Part shown: one piece after another, positions 1 to 9,342 of the stretch
How the letters are laid out: each line of letters opens with the position of its first letter
How positions within the stretch are numbered: position 1 is the stretch's first letter
Assembly: GCA_038064675.1 (NCBI GenBank)
Contig: JBBTSM010000002.1
Location: 145,852 to 209,851, forward strand
Reading direction: 5' to 3'
Length of the DNA stretch: 64,000 nucleotides
Source of the DNA: Patescibacteria group bacterium
Lineage (GTDB): Bacteria > Patescibacteriota > Patescibacteriia > UBA9934
Translations under genes and position numbers: made by a program
Notes under the pieces: generated by a model
Told to the model about the DNA's origin: nothing
The model's database searches: none
The model's input: the letters and a program-made list of their open reading frames with translations, nothing else

Positions 1-1
1 A

Positions 2-427
2 TTTGATAATCGCGAAATGCGTCGTGCACCAAGTCTTGCTGGAGATGTGGAGATCGCGCCGCGTTCTACCTGGCAGCCAACCCCTGCATCGCGTCGTGAT
101 GATTTCCGTGGAACGACGCGTATTGCTGCGCCGCACGAAACACCATTCGAATCCCGAAAAGTTCCCTCGGCAATGCCGTCTGCACAACCGCAGATGGAGC
201 GAATGGTTCCGCAGGAGCGCGATGTGTATCAGGAGCCGGTGCCACAACAACCATCACGTGGATCGATGATGAATGACGTCATTCCATCGGAGCCACGATT
301 CCGTCAGCAGCCAGTGTCGAATCAGTCGCCGCAGCAACAGGCCCCAGCGCCAATCCAGCAGCCACCGCAAAAGAGTGAAGACGATGATTTTGGAATTCCG
401 GCATTTATCCGACGAAAAATGATGTAG
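2..427 (+). CDS. ftsZ: Cell division protein FtsZ, C-terminal linker and conserved tail (5'-truncated by window)
   Basis: Long P/Q-rich disordered linker ending in DDDFGIPAFIRRK, matching the FtsZ conserved C-terminal peptide (DxxxIPAFLR). Confidence 0.85.
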   Translation, partial: FDNREMRRAPSLAGDVEIAPRSTWQPTPASRRDDFRGTTRIAAPHETPFESRKVPSAMPSAQPQMERMVPQERDVYQEPVPQQPSRGSMMNDVIPSEPRFRQQPVSNQSPQQQAPAPIQQPPQKSEDDDFGIPAFIRRKMM

Positions 428-431
428 CAGA

Positions 432-491
432 GCTTCCTCAATTGGTCTATTTTCGACTTGCGTCATCGTAAACTAGCCTCAATTGAGAAAC
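432..491. repeat. Palindromic repeat family 1, internally deleted copy
   Basis: Ends (ttggtctattttcgac ... aaactagcctcaa) match the reverse complement of the copy at 46418-46536; central GTAC hairpin absent. Confidence 0.75.
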
Positions 492-505
492 CTCCGCGGA
501 TTCGT

Positions 506-964
506 ATGAGATGCCCCGTGTGCGATTATAAGTCTACGAAAGTCATCGACTCCCGCCTTTCGCAGGACGGTATGGCGGTGCGCCGGCGACGGGAATGTGA
601 GAAGGCGCGATGCGCGTTTCGTTTTAGCACACAAGAAGAAGTTGAATTGATGGATTGTGCGGTGGTGAAACGCAACGGCAGACGCGAGCCGTATTTACGA
701 GAGAAGTTGGAATCTGGACTCAAAAAATCGCTCGAGAAGCGTCCGTATACGCAAAATCAATTTCATTCATTGGTGCACAATATTGAGCGCGAAATCCAAA
801 AGGTTCGCGGGGGAGAAATTACGTCGGCACAGGTTGGAGAAATCGTCATGCAACAGTTGAAAAGATTCGATAAGGTTGCGTACATCCGTTTTGCCTCCGT
901 ATATCACTCATTTGAAGGGCTAGAGATGTTTGAAAAGGAGCTGAAGAATCTTTCGGGAAAGTAG
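506..964 (+). CDS. nrdR: Transcriptional repressor NrdR
   Basis: MRCPVC...VIDSR...RRRREC zinc ribbon, ATP-cone VVKRNGRREP, VAYIRFASVY; start moved to ATG 506. Confidence 0.97.
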   Translation: MRCPVCDYKSTKVIDSRLSQDGMAVRRRRECEKARCAFRFSTQEEVELMDCAVVKRNGRREPYLREKLESGLKKSLEKRPYTQNQFHSLVHNIEREIQKVRGGEITSAQVGEIVMQQLKRFDKVAYIRFASVYHSFEGLEMFEKELKNLSGK

Positions 965-986
965 GGAATGGTATACTTCGTGTTGT

Positions 987-2390
987 ATGCACCGCAGAAC
1001 ACGAATTGTTTGTACGATCGGCCCAGCGTCGTCTGCGCCGTCGGTTTTGGCGCGCATGATGCGGTCTGGTATGGACGTGGCGCGGTTGAATTTTTCGCAC
1101 GGAACGCATCCGGAACATGAAGTGTTGTTGCGGAATATTCGATCGAGTGCAAAAAAGGTGGGGAAGCACATTACGATTTTGCAAGATCTTCAGGGACCAA
1201 AGATTCGCGTTGGAGCGTTGCCCGACGCTGGCGTGGAATTGCATCAAGGGCAATCGATCAGCTTTTCAACTGCGGTCAAAACATACGAAACACATGGCGC
1301 GTTGCCGGTGACGTATAAGAATCTTCATCGCGACGTGAAGGCTGGCGATAGGATTCTTCTTGATGATGGATTTCTTGAGGTTGCCGTAACACGCGTCAAA
1401 GGGAAAGTGATTCACGCGAAGGTTATTCATGGCGGAGTGTTGAAATCGCGAAAGGGGATGAATTTGCCAGACACAAAAGTGAGCGTTGATCCATTCACTG
1501 AGAAGGACCACACCGATCTGTTGTTCGGCGTTGCGCATGGCGTGGATTGGCTGGTACTGTCGTTTATTGCAAGGCCAGAAGTGGTTGAGCACGTTCGTCG
1601 TGTTGCTACCGCTACGGCTCGAGCGAACGCTGTTCCGGTGCCGTGGATTATGGCGAAGATCGAGACCGCGCTCGCGGTTGAGCGGTTTGATGAAATTCTC
1701 GCGGTTGTTGATGGCATTATGCTCGGTCGCGGCGATCTTGGCCTTGAAATTCCCATGGAAGAAGTGCCGATTGTCCAAAAGGACGTGATCGAGAAGTGCC
1801 GACGGGCAGGGAAGCCTATCATTATCGCCACACACATGCTCGATTCAATGTCGCGCAACCCTCGTGCTACGCGTGCCGAGGTTTCTGATGTTGCGAATGC
1901 GGTGTTCGACCATACGGACGCGGTGATGCTTTCTGCGGAATCGGCATCGGGTCGATACCCTGCCGCTACGGTGCAAGCAATGGCATCGGTGATCGATGAA
2001 GCAGAAAAGTCACGATTCGATTTGGTGGAAATGCCAATAGACGATGTCGATAGCCCCGTTCATGCCTTCGCGCACAGCATTGCCGTGATGGCGTCGCGAG
2101 CACTTATTGATGTGGTGGTGAGCACTGTTGCGCTTCCGGACGTGGCATTGGCATTACCGCGGTATCGTCCGCACGTCCCTATTTTGGTTGGGTGTGCAAG
2201 CGCGGCCGATGCACGGCGTATTGTGCTGTATGCTGGAGTTGTTCCATTCGTTTTGCCGATCGACGCCGGCACGTTTGTTCCACGATCCCACGCATTTCTT
2301 ATCCGTCACGGGTTTGTAAGGGCTCGTGATCGCGTGGCGTATGTGGTTGGCGGCGGCGGGACGCTTTCGTTAATGATTCACGGCGGATAG
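987..2390 (+). CDS. pyk: Pyruvate kinase
   Basis: IVCTIGPAS, ARLNFSHG, DLQGPKIR, AKIE, RGDLG, ATRAEVSDVANAV motifs. Confidence 0.97.
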   Translation: MHRRTRIVCTIGPASSAPSVLARMMRSGMDVARLNFSHGTHPEHEVLLRNIRSSAKKVGKHITILQDLQGPKIRVGALPDAGVELHQGQSISFSTAVKTYETHGALPVTYKNLHRDVKAGDRILLDDGFLEVAVTRVKGKVIHAKVIHGGVLKSRKGMNLPDTKVSVDPFTEKDHTDLLFGVAHGVDWLVLSFIARPEVVEHVRRVATATARANAVPVPWIMAKIETALAVERFDEILAVVDGIMLGRGDLGLEIPMEEVPIVQKDVIEKCRRAGKPIIIATHMLDSMSRNPRATRAEVSDVANAVFDHTDAVMLSAESASGRYPAATVQAMASVIDEAEKSRFDLVEMPIDDVDSPVHAFAHSIAVMASRALIDVVVSTVALPDVALALPRYRPHVPILVGCASAADARRIVLYAGVVPFVLPIDAGTFVPRSHAFLIRHGFVRARDRVAYVVGGGGTLSLMIHGG

Positions 2391-2397
2391 TCATTCT

Positions 2398-2871
2398 ATG
2401 AAACGTCTTTTCTTTCTTTTTGGTGCGCTCGTTCTTCTTGGTGGGGGATGCGGGTCGTCACCAACGGTTTCACCGGCAACGACCGCAACACCCTCGGCAA
2501 CGGTATCGTCACCAATGGCTCCAATTGTGCCCGCGGACGATGCCGCAACACCTGCTGCTCTGGTTGCTACTCCGCCGGTTACTCCCTCCGTTGCAGAGCC
2601 CGAAATATTGTCGGTCGCGATGACGACGGGAAACTTTTTCTTCGATCCTGCGACGATTACCACAAGCCCGGGGCAAGAGGTATCCATTTCTTTTACGGAT
2701 AATGAAGGCACGCACACGTTTCTTATTGACGAGATTGGGTTGAAAAAGACGATCACCACCGGAACGGTTGTGACATTCACCGCGCCAACAACTCCAGGAA
2801 ACTACGCCTACTACTGCGACATCGGTGCGCATCGGAAGTTGGGGATGGAGGGTGTGTTGATTGTGAAGTGA
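2398..2871 (+). CDS. Secreted/lipid-anchored cupredoxin (plastocyanin/azurin-like)
   Basis: Signal peptide LLGGGC, P/A/T linker, H...YYCDIGAHRKLGM type-1 copper ligands. Confidence 0.85.
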   Translation: MKRLFFLFGALVLLGGGCGSSPTVSPATTATPSATVSSPMAPIVPADDAATPAALVATPPVTPSVAEPEILSVAMTTGNFFFDPATITTSPGQEVSISFTDNEGTHTFLIDEIGLKKTITTGTVVTFTAPTTPGNYAYYCDIGAHRKLGMEGVLIVK

Positions 2872-2872
2872 G

Positions 2873-3271
2873 CTGAATTTGAATTGGCCTGAGCCTTTGA
2901 AGAGGGTGGGACGAGGAGGCAACGGCTGAGAGTATGAGGTGCTGCAACAGGAATCGATGCCCTCGAATTTTGGGGTTTTAAAACTGGGCAACGAAACGTG
3001 ATCTGAGCCTGAAATCGGGAAACAATGAAATCGATTTCGAAAATCCGTTATCGCCGATCGTAGACTGCACCATCGACAACTCTGCGCATCGTCGGGATCG
3101 ACCAGTGATTTCTTTCTGCGAAACATTCGCATTAGCAGAACACCCTCTTTGAAATCGAGTACCCATCACTCTCGCAAGCCCCCTCCTTACTCCCCCATCC
3201 CCATCCGGGGACAAGTAAATGGGGGAGAGTTGTCGCCGCTCCGCTCACAACCCCTCAAAGGTTCAGTTCAG
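2873..3271. repeat. Inverted-repeat-bounded intergenic element (family 2), MITE-like or structured RNA
   Basis: ctgagcctttgaagagggtggga at left pairs imperfectly with cacaacccctcaaaggttcag at right; ends similar to those of 44077-44263. Confidence 0.55.
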
Positions 3272-3289
3272 ATCCCTTATAGCAAAAAA

Positions 3290-3320
3290 GAAAACACAGC
3301 CCTTTCGGGCTGTGTTTTTC
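3290..3320. terminator. Bidirectional intrinsic terminator
   Basis: gaaaacacagccc-tttc-gggctgtgtttttc hairpin with A/T tails between convergent genes. Confidence 0.75.
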
Positions 3321-3338
3321 ATCGAATCGATTATAGGA

Positions 3339-3560
3339 CTATGCCTTACACATCTTGCACTTGCCGCAAAACAGCATTGCAATAGCGGAAAGACCAACGA
3401 GCATGTACACCACGTTTTCCAACGATCCTCCTGCTACGGTGCCGAGGAGTGAGTGCACAAGATTCCACTGGAAGAAACCGACGAGTCCCCAGTTCAACGC
3501 TCCAACCCAGACCAACACACCAGCGACCTTGTGTACTGAACATTCGCCTTTGCCCATCAT
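3339..3560 (-). CDS. DUF378 family small membrane protein
   Basis: LVWVGALNWGLVGFFQWNLV...VYMLVGLSA signature. Confidence 0.9.
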   Translation of the reverse strand: MMGKGECSVHKVAGVLVWVGALNWGLVGFFQWNLVHSLLGTVAGGSLENVVYMLVGLSAIAMLFCGKCKMCKA

Positions 3561-3672
3561 AGGAAAACGATTAATGATTTAATCCTAGTAAAAGCATACA
3601 TGGAAAAAATAGACCGCCCCGGAGGCCTGTGGAAAACTTTGCTTTGCGTGCTGTGCTGTACAATGCCGATAT

Positions 3673-3984
3673 ATGGATTCACTCGGAATGTTCTTCGCAA
3701 AACGATACGGATACGCGCTCTTGTTTGCGTCGCCGATCATTCTTGGAGCGATAGCCATTGGCATGCTCTCGAATATTCTCCAGGTGCGCGGTGCGTTGCA
3801 GGGCGTACAAGACGGCGTTGCCATTGTTGGCATGCTTGTACTGATGTTGGCGCTCGGAGTCGTCATCGTTGTTCGCAAACCACTCCCTGGGATTTTCGGA
3901 CGATGGCAAGGGCTGTTGAGCAAGATTCCAACATGGCGTATGCGTTTGGCAGAGCATGCAGAGGAGCAGCGTGCGCAGCGCTAA
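3673..3984 (+). CDS. Hypothetical membrane protein (2 TM)
   Basis: Two hydrophobic segments; fills the gap between DUF378 and the serine hydrolase. Confidence 0.45.
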   Translation: MDSLGMFFAKRYGYALLFASPIILGAIAIGMLSNILQVRGALQGVQDGVAIVGMLVLMLALGVVIVVRKPLPGIFGRWQGLLSKIPTWRMRLAEHAEEQRAQR

Positions 3985-4970
3985 CGGCTGTTCATGAATG
4001 TGTCGGTAGTTGTCGCGAATGAAGCGATGGTTGATGCAAGTGTTTGAAGATCGTTTCCTTCGGTCATCACGCAGATAAGGTATGGATTTTTCGCGTAAAC
4101 GATGCCGCAGTCGTGATGCTGATACGCCGTTGTTCCATCTGGGTTTGCAAGTGTCACGTCGCCAAATTTGTGTGCAACCGCCTCTGTTGCATCAACCCCG
4201 CTCACGAGCGCATCGCGATAATCGCTCCGTGAGAGCATCTCAAGAATACGCTCAGAGTCCTGCGCGGTAAGGAGCGTGCTGTTATGCAATACACGAAGAA
4301 GACGAGAGTAGAGTCGCGGTGTGATGGTGTAGTGTTCTTCGTCTGAAAAGCTTGGCAGTTCGAGTGCGTTCAGCAGCCCGTTCAGCTCCTCAGCTTTCAT
4401 ATGTTCGATGAGAGTGTGCGACGCAACGTTATCCGAGTACGTAATCATGATGGTGAGGAGCTCTGCAACGGTGTATTGCTTGCCCGACTCGGCGGAAACT
4501 GCTGGTGGAATATTTTGGGGAGATGCTTTATATGATGGATCGACGGTAAGAACTTCATCGAGAATGGTTGGATTGTTTTCTGATTCGTTGATGTACCCGA
4601 TGAGCGTGATAATTTTCATTAGGCTTCCAGGAATATATTCGTCGTCACCGTTCACCGCGGTCCATGTGCCGCCATTCAGATCGCGAACGTAGACTCCCGC
4701 TTTTTGAATGCTGCCAGCGGCAACAGCGCGATCGACGGCGTCTTGTAATAACGATCGGAGACTATCGAGTTCTGACGATGGGATTTGTGAATCCACGCCG
4801 CAGGCAAGAAGTGGTTGTATAAGCGGAAATGCAGGATTATCAATCCGGAGCGCGTGGCCGCGGCTGGCGGTTTCTTGTACAAAAAACGCCCAGGGAACCG
4901 TAAAGCCAATTCCAATGCCGAGGAGAAGGAATCCAACGGCCAGACGAATGGTGCGTTTTGTGGGCGACAT
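3981..4970 (-). CDS. Class A beta-lactamase-related serine hydrolase, N-terminally membrane anchored
   Basis: SxxK (GSLMK), SDN, HKFG, HDCGIVY motifs. Confidence 0.88.
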   Translation of the reverse strand: MSPTKRTIRLAVGFLLLGIGIGFTVPWAFFVQETASRGHALRIDNPAFPLIQPLLACGVDSQIPSSELDSLRSLLQDAVDRAVAAGSIQKAGVYVRDLNGGTWTAVNGDDEYIPGSLMKIITLIGYINESENNPTILDEVLTVDPSYKASPQNIPPAVSAESGKQYTVAELLTIMITYSDNVASHTLIEHMKAEELNGLLNALELPSFSDEEHYTITPRLYSRLLRVLHNSTLLTAQDSERILEMLSRSDYRDALVSGVDATEAVAHKFGDVTLANPDGTTAYQHHDCGIVYAKNPYLICVMTEGNDLQTLASTIASFATTTDTFMNSR

Positions 4971-5045
4971 GATGCTATTTTTTCACAGTCTCCATCCTTG
5001 TCAAAAAAATCCGGCGTGGTACTATACTCGCGCTCAGGAATTTAT

Positions 5046-5170
5046 GTGAACGTTCATATTTGTGGGTAGTTTCGGTGCGCTAGGAGCAAATCTCGCGAGA
5101 CGTACTTCATGGTACGTTGAGCAAGTTTGCGACGCAGCAAACCGAAAATACCCCAAATAGGGACGTTCAC
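5046..5170. repeat. Palindromic repeat family 1
   Basis: gtgaacgttc...ggacgttcac ends with central gagacgtacttcatggtacgttgag; ends 4 nt before tRNA-Asp. Confidence 0.85.
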
Positions 5171-5174
5171 TCCT

Positions 5175-5251
5175 GGGTCGGTAGCTCAACTGGTTAGAGC
5201 GCTGCCCTGTCACGGCAGAGGTTGCGGGTTCGAGTCCCGTCCGTCCCGCCA
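5175..5251 (+). tRNA. tRNA-Asp (GTC)
   Basis: Cloverleaf: D arm tagctcaactggttagagc, anticodon arm ctgccctGTCacggcag, T arm gcgggttcgagtcccgt, encoded CCA. Confidence 0.97.
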
Positions 5252-5302
5252 GAAAACGACTTCACCTTGGTGAGGTCGTTTTCTTTTTGGGTTAGCGGAA
5301 TT

Positions 5303-6418
5303 TTATGCCGTCACGAGAGTATTCACCGTCCGATTTTGCTCCCAAGAAATAACAGTGTTGCCCGCCTGTTGCCCGGGAACCTCAATTATCGTTTCGAGAA
5401 CCTGTACCGCATCGTGAAGAGAGGCTGATGTTAGGTGGGCGTATCGCTCCGTCATCGCGATCGTGGAATGACCGAGAAGCTCCTGAATGACTCGGAGAGA
5501 GATGCCCTTTATTGCGAGATGCGAAGCGAACGTGTGGCGCAACAGATGCCAGCCCACTTTCCGATCAATTCCAGCATTCCGACAAAGGCGCTTCAATTCT
5601 CGGGTTGCTCCATCGGTACTCCACGGCTTTTCGCCCAGACCGGGGAACGGGAACATGAGTCCCCTTGGTTTGCGCTCCATATAGAGCGAGTGACGCAAAT
5701 CACCAGCGAGTGGAACATGACGAATTCTGTGACTTTTTGTTGTTGTCATTTCTCGTCGAACCCACGATCGTTGGACAGCGACGGTATTTCCCTCGAAGTC
5801 GATATCACTCCACGAAAGTCCCAGAAGCTCCCCCAGCCGCAACCCCGTCCGAAGAGCGACAAAGATCATTCTATGCAGCAATGCGGGTGCTGGCGCGGCT
5901 AGGAGCCTTACAGCTTCGTGCTCTGAAAGAAAATCCACACGTCGCGAATGCGACTTCATCAGCGCAATACGAGGTATCGAGGAGATTTTCTCCCATTCGA
6001 CCGCTGATCGTAGGCAGCGACCGAGTACTGTTAGCTGATTGTTAATCGACTTGGACGATAGCCCCTCATCGCGCTTACGCGCCTTGTATCGCTCGATGTC
6101 TTCTCCGGCAATGCGATCAATCCGTATCTTTCCAAAGAAAGGCACAAGATGTCGTTGAAGGATTGATGCCTTCATTCTGCGTTCTGAGAGTTTATTGTTT
6201 GCGGCGACATAGGAATCCATCCAGCTAACTGAGAACTCCGAAAAAATCGGAGCGTCCACGGGTTTCTCTAGATGACCATCGCGCGCGAACCTCGCTCGTA
6301 ACATCGCCTCATATGCCGCAGCACCAGCGCGACTATTTTCCGGACTTCTTTTGCGGCAACGGACACACGCTATGCTGAAGTCCACCCACCATGTGTTTCG
6401 CATTTTTCGTACGCTCAT
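5303..6418 (-). CDS. Tyrosine recombinase/integrase
   Basis: TGLRLGEL (R), TK, HLLRHTFAS (HxxR), LLGHS, TERYAH (Y); start probably MSVRK. Confidence 0.96.
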   Translation of the reverse strand: MSVRKMRNTWWVDFSIACVRCRKRSPENSRAGAAAYEAMLRARFARDGHLEKPVDAPIFSEFSVSWMDSYVAANNKLSERRMKASILQRHLVPFFGKIRIDRIAGEDIERYKARKRDEGLSSKSINNQLTVLGRCLRSAVEWEKISSIPRIALMKSHSRRVDFLSEHEAVRLLAAPAPALLHRMIFVALRTGLRLGELLGLSWSDIDFEGNTVAVQRSWVRREMTTTKSHRIRHVPLAGDLRHSLYMERKPRGLMFPFPGLGEKPWSTDGATRELKRLCRNAGIDRKVGWHLLRHTFASHLAIKGISLRVIQELLGHSTIAMTERYAHLTSASLHDAVQVLETIIEVPGQQAGNTVISWEQNRTVNTLVTA

Positions 6419-6629
6419 ACTCATTCGACTGCGCCACGAGGTGTCTTTCAATATACGTATCAACGTCTGAACGTCGAAAACGAATATAACGAGGGAACCG
6501 ATAGAACGGAATCGACTTTCGTCCGACAATGCGGTACACAGTCTGTTCCGAAATATCAAGGAATTTGGCCAAGCCTTTTACATCGAAGAATTCCTTTTGT
6601 TCAGTTTCTACCTCGTGGCTGCCTGTCAT
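6333..6629 (-). CDS. Excisionase-like helix-turn-helix protein
   Basis: FDVKGLAKFLDISEQTVYRIV...IPFYR...IRFRRSDVDTYI; upstream of and overlapping the integrase. Confidence 0.85.
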   Translation of the reverse strand: MTGSHEVETEQKEFFDVKGLAKFLDISEQTVYRIVGRKSIPFYRFPRYIRFRRSDVDTYIERHLVAQSNEYERTKNAKHMVGGLQHSVCPLPQKKSGK

Positions 6630-7112
6630 ATTAATTTTGAATGAGCAACGTTCCGGGCACGATTTTTTGATCGTGTATAGGTTTGCTCATCATAGTTGAT
6701 TTAATAGATATTGCTAAGCGGTTCGACTATAAATTTGCACACGTTCCTCGAAGGGTAATTCTGATTTCGGTATAGATGCGTAATAGCCACAGGGTTTTTT
6801 CGCGCCACACTGAAAGTAGACGTATTTCTTTCGTCGAGTGCACCGTAACGGAGATTTTCCACACCAAAGACACGTTTTATTCCAAAGTTCACGAACCGCA
6901 CTAAATTTTCTATTCATATTCAGATTACCTTCGCTCTCCCTCAGTGCACTGAGGAAGCCGACATTGGGTTGTATTAAGAGTCATGGCCATGGGGTTGAGC
7001 CCGAGCACACTGGCGAATCCAGCTTCAGGCGTGGTAGACATGGTCACGAATATGTAGAACGTATCGTCGAAAAGTTTTAAGTCGTTCCACGGATAGTCTG
7101 GACTTGGTGAAT

Positions 7113-7370
7113 CTAATTGCCGTCGTACATTCGAGCTTTGACGAACTTCATGTGTCGAGAAAATTCCTGCGGTTCAACTCGCATTCGTCGCATCCAAAAA
7201 GATTGGATTGCCGCTTCAAGCTCTTCTGATCGTTGAATGTAAAAAGCTACTCGTCCATCCTGATCTTTTTCCGTTGCCTCGATACAAAAACCGAGAAGCG
7301 AAAGTGATGAAACAAGAATCCAATCACGAGTCACGAAGGATCTATGCCCTGAATCTTCATCGTTATTCAT
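7113..7370 (-). CDS. DUF5659-like small protein
   Basis: T.D..L...L...GF...GRVAF...L...F pattern resembling the DUF5659 family of CPR mobile regions. Confidence 0.6.
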   Translation of the reverse strand: MNNDEDSGHRSFVTRDWILVSSLSLLGFCIEATEKDQDGRVAFYIQRSEELEAAIQSFWMRRMRVEPQEFSRHMKFVKARMYDGN

Positions 7371-7488
7371 ATATGTTTTCTTAATCGAAAAGACCATGCG
7401 CGCAGCATGATCTTTTTTCTAAAAATAGTCGTTCGGATTTAAGCCCCTGACTAAATCCAGCAGACTTTTTATGGATTATCCGATGTTT

Positions 7489-8445
7489 TTAGGCATTAAT
7501 CTCCACTAATCCACAGCTTATTTCTGAAACGATTTGTCGAATTGTTCCTGCATCTATTTTCAGCCCACCATTTTCTGGTCTTGATAGCCAAGTCTGTAAC
7601 TTAACATCAGGATTCTTTCCGGCCGTTTTAAAAACTTGATATTGGTTATAGATTCTTACATTACGCAAGAAGTTTCTATCCGCACTCATTCTTTTGCCCT
7701 CAGGTATTGATCTTCCCGCTTTCAAGCAAAGAGAAATGCTATCCCAATTCTTTTCTATATATCCCAAGAGTTCTTCTTTTTCCGTTGTGTCGTCAAAAAC
7801 AAGCTCACAGACTTTTGGGGCAAGCTCTTTGGGCTCAGTAATCGGAAGTTTAAGCGAAGGAAAAAGCTCGCTTCCCGGTAACTTTATGGGTGTCGCTGCG
7901 AGTATCTCCAAACTTTTCGCAATATCTGCTTTGAGCTCTTCTGGGGTAAAACGAAGGATTTGATTCACTTTCCTACTCGTAACGTCGGTTTTGAAACTAA
8001 TCGTATTTGAAATGTTTGGATAAGCGAATTCCTTGCTCCAGATTTCAAATTCCAGAGAAAAGGATGGGAAGCTCTTTATATCCATCGAATGCTCGAAATA
8101 TAGATGCTCGATAATTTGAGATGCTGTTTTTACAAAGTACTCCTTTTCGTTTTCGGTAACATTTTTGAAATAATTTCCAAGAACCACACGATCCAAATAT
8201 TTTCGAATAACATCGGAAACGTCCTCATCCTTCTCGCATAACGGATAGCTCAAGCCTTTCCTCATCTTTAGATAATGTGCGTCTAAATGAAATAATAGCC
8301 CTTGAAAATCGTTTCTCAGGATAAGAACTTTGAGAGAATGAGCAACACGAAACTCTTTATTTTTAAGGAGAAATTCGTAACATCGACAGCCAAAATCATC
8401 CAACTCTATTTTTGTATTCTCATTCTTCATATTCGCATTATGCAA
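7489..8445 (-). CDS. Hypothetical protein, possible C-terminal DNA-binding helix
   Basis: 318-aa ORF; C-terminal ...IDAGTIRQIVSEI resembles an HTH recognition helix. Confidence 0.65.
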   Translation of the reverse strand: MHNANMKNENTKIELDDFGCRCYEFLLKNKEFRVAHSLKVLILRNDFQGLLFHLDAHYLKMRKGLSYPLCEKDEDVSDVIRKYLDRVVLGNYFKNVTENEKEYFVKTASQIIEHLYFEHSMDIKSFPSFSLEFEIWSKEFAYPNISNTISFKTDVTSRKVNQILRFTPEELKADIAKSLEILAATPIKLPGSELFPSLKLPITEPKELAPKVCELVFDDTTEKEELLGYIEKNWDSISLCLKAGRSIPEGKRMSADRNFLRNVRIYNQYQVFKTAGKNPDVKLQTWLSRPENGGLKIDAGTIRQIVSEISCGLVEINA

Positions 8446-8472
8446 GTATGGTAAGCAATATCACCTACAATG

Positions 8473-8774
8473 AAAATGGTAGAAAAAGGTGGAAATACGA
8501 CGTTTCAAAAATGGTAGCAAATGGTCGCATTTTGGAGAGATGGAGACTAAAAAAGGTGGGAAATGGTGGGATTTTATAAATGGTGGAAAAGGGTGGAAAT
8601 TTGAGGTTTTAAAAATGTTGGAAAAACATGGAAATTCGTGGAATTAAAAGGGTCGAAAAAGGTCGAATCTCGTTAGTGAAGAATTGGCGGAAAAAGGCGG
8701 ATACTCAATAGCTAGAAAATGGCTGGAATGGTCTGGTTTTTGAGTTATGAAAAATGGTAGGCAAAGGTAGGATT
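8473..8774. repeat. Array of nine tandem 10+10-bp direct-repeat dimers (AAAWGGTNG-like)
   Basis: aaaatggtag aaaaaggtgg; aaaatggtag caaatggtcg; aaaaaggtgg gaaatggtgg; aaaagggtcg aaaaaggtcg; aaaatggtag gcaaaggtag, etc. Confidence 0.8.
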
Positions 8775-8851
8775 TTTATTGGAAAATAAGGGAACTCGCC
8801 CGATCGAAGTGTCTGCTAGCCGAAGCCTTTCTTTTTCGCTATACTCCGTCT

Positions 8852-8964
8852 TGTCGAGCTTCAACCCAAAACACGGGCAATTTTTGCCTTATCGGATCGC
8901 GCGCTATAAGCGGCACCGATAAAACAACACAGCACGATCCGTCGTGTTGGGTTGAGGCTCGACA
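8852..8964 (+). promoter_or_regulatory. Long stem-loop 5' leader downstream of a TATACT -10 box
   Basis: tgtcgagcttcaacccaa pairs with ttgggttgaggctcgaca; TATACT at 8840-8845. Confidence 0.6.
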
Positions 8965-8994
8965 CCTTCGGTGTCGCTTTTTGTTTTTAAAAAT

Positions 8995-9330
8995 ATGGAA
9001 GAGTTCATCGCATATTTCTACGTCGGGATTCCAATAATCGTTATTGTCGTTATCGCTTTTCTACGGACAAAGAAAAAGATGAAAAGGATCAAAACGATCC
9101 AATCGATTCCGGAGAAGGATCGAACAACATCTGAAAGTAAATGGTTAAAATGGATTCGCTTTCTTTTGGAAATTATCATTCCGGCATACATAATCATCGT
9201 TCAAGGCTTTTTTGCCTATTTCGGTTATGGAAGCGGGCATCTACCTTGGTCAATTCTAGCTGTCTTTGTTGGTATAGCCCTTCACTTCGCCATACGAAGC
9301 TTCTTTCGAAATAAATTCGAAAACTCCTAA
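8995..9330 (+). CDS. Hypothetical membrane protein
   Basis: Three hydrophobic segments; ATG at 8995. Confidence 0.65.
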   Translation: MEEFIAYFYVGIPIIVIVVIAFLRTKKKMKRIKTIQSIPEKDRTTSESKWLKWIRFLLEIIIPAYIIIVQGFFAYFGYGSGHLPWSILAVFVGIALHFAIRSFFRNKFENS

Positions 9331-9342
9331 TAGATCGCCCCT

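Noticed and set aside
3981-4970. Bona fide antibiotic-resistance beta-lactamase
   Set aside because: Motifs show family membership only; the omega-loop ExxLN motif is not evident, so activity cannot be claimed
5175-5251. U4-U69 mismatch in the tRNA-Asp acceptor stem as integration damage
   Set aside because: The attR copy carries the same 3' strand, so the mismatch is not due to the integration; single acceptor mismatches are tolerated
8473-8774. Possible CRISPR array
   Set aside because: Repeats are short, degenerate and non-palindromic with irregular short spacers; no cas genes in the window
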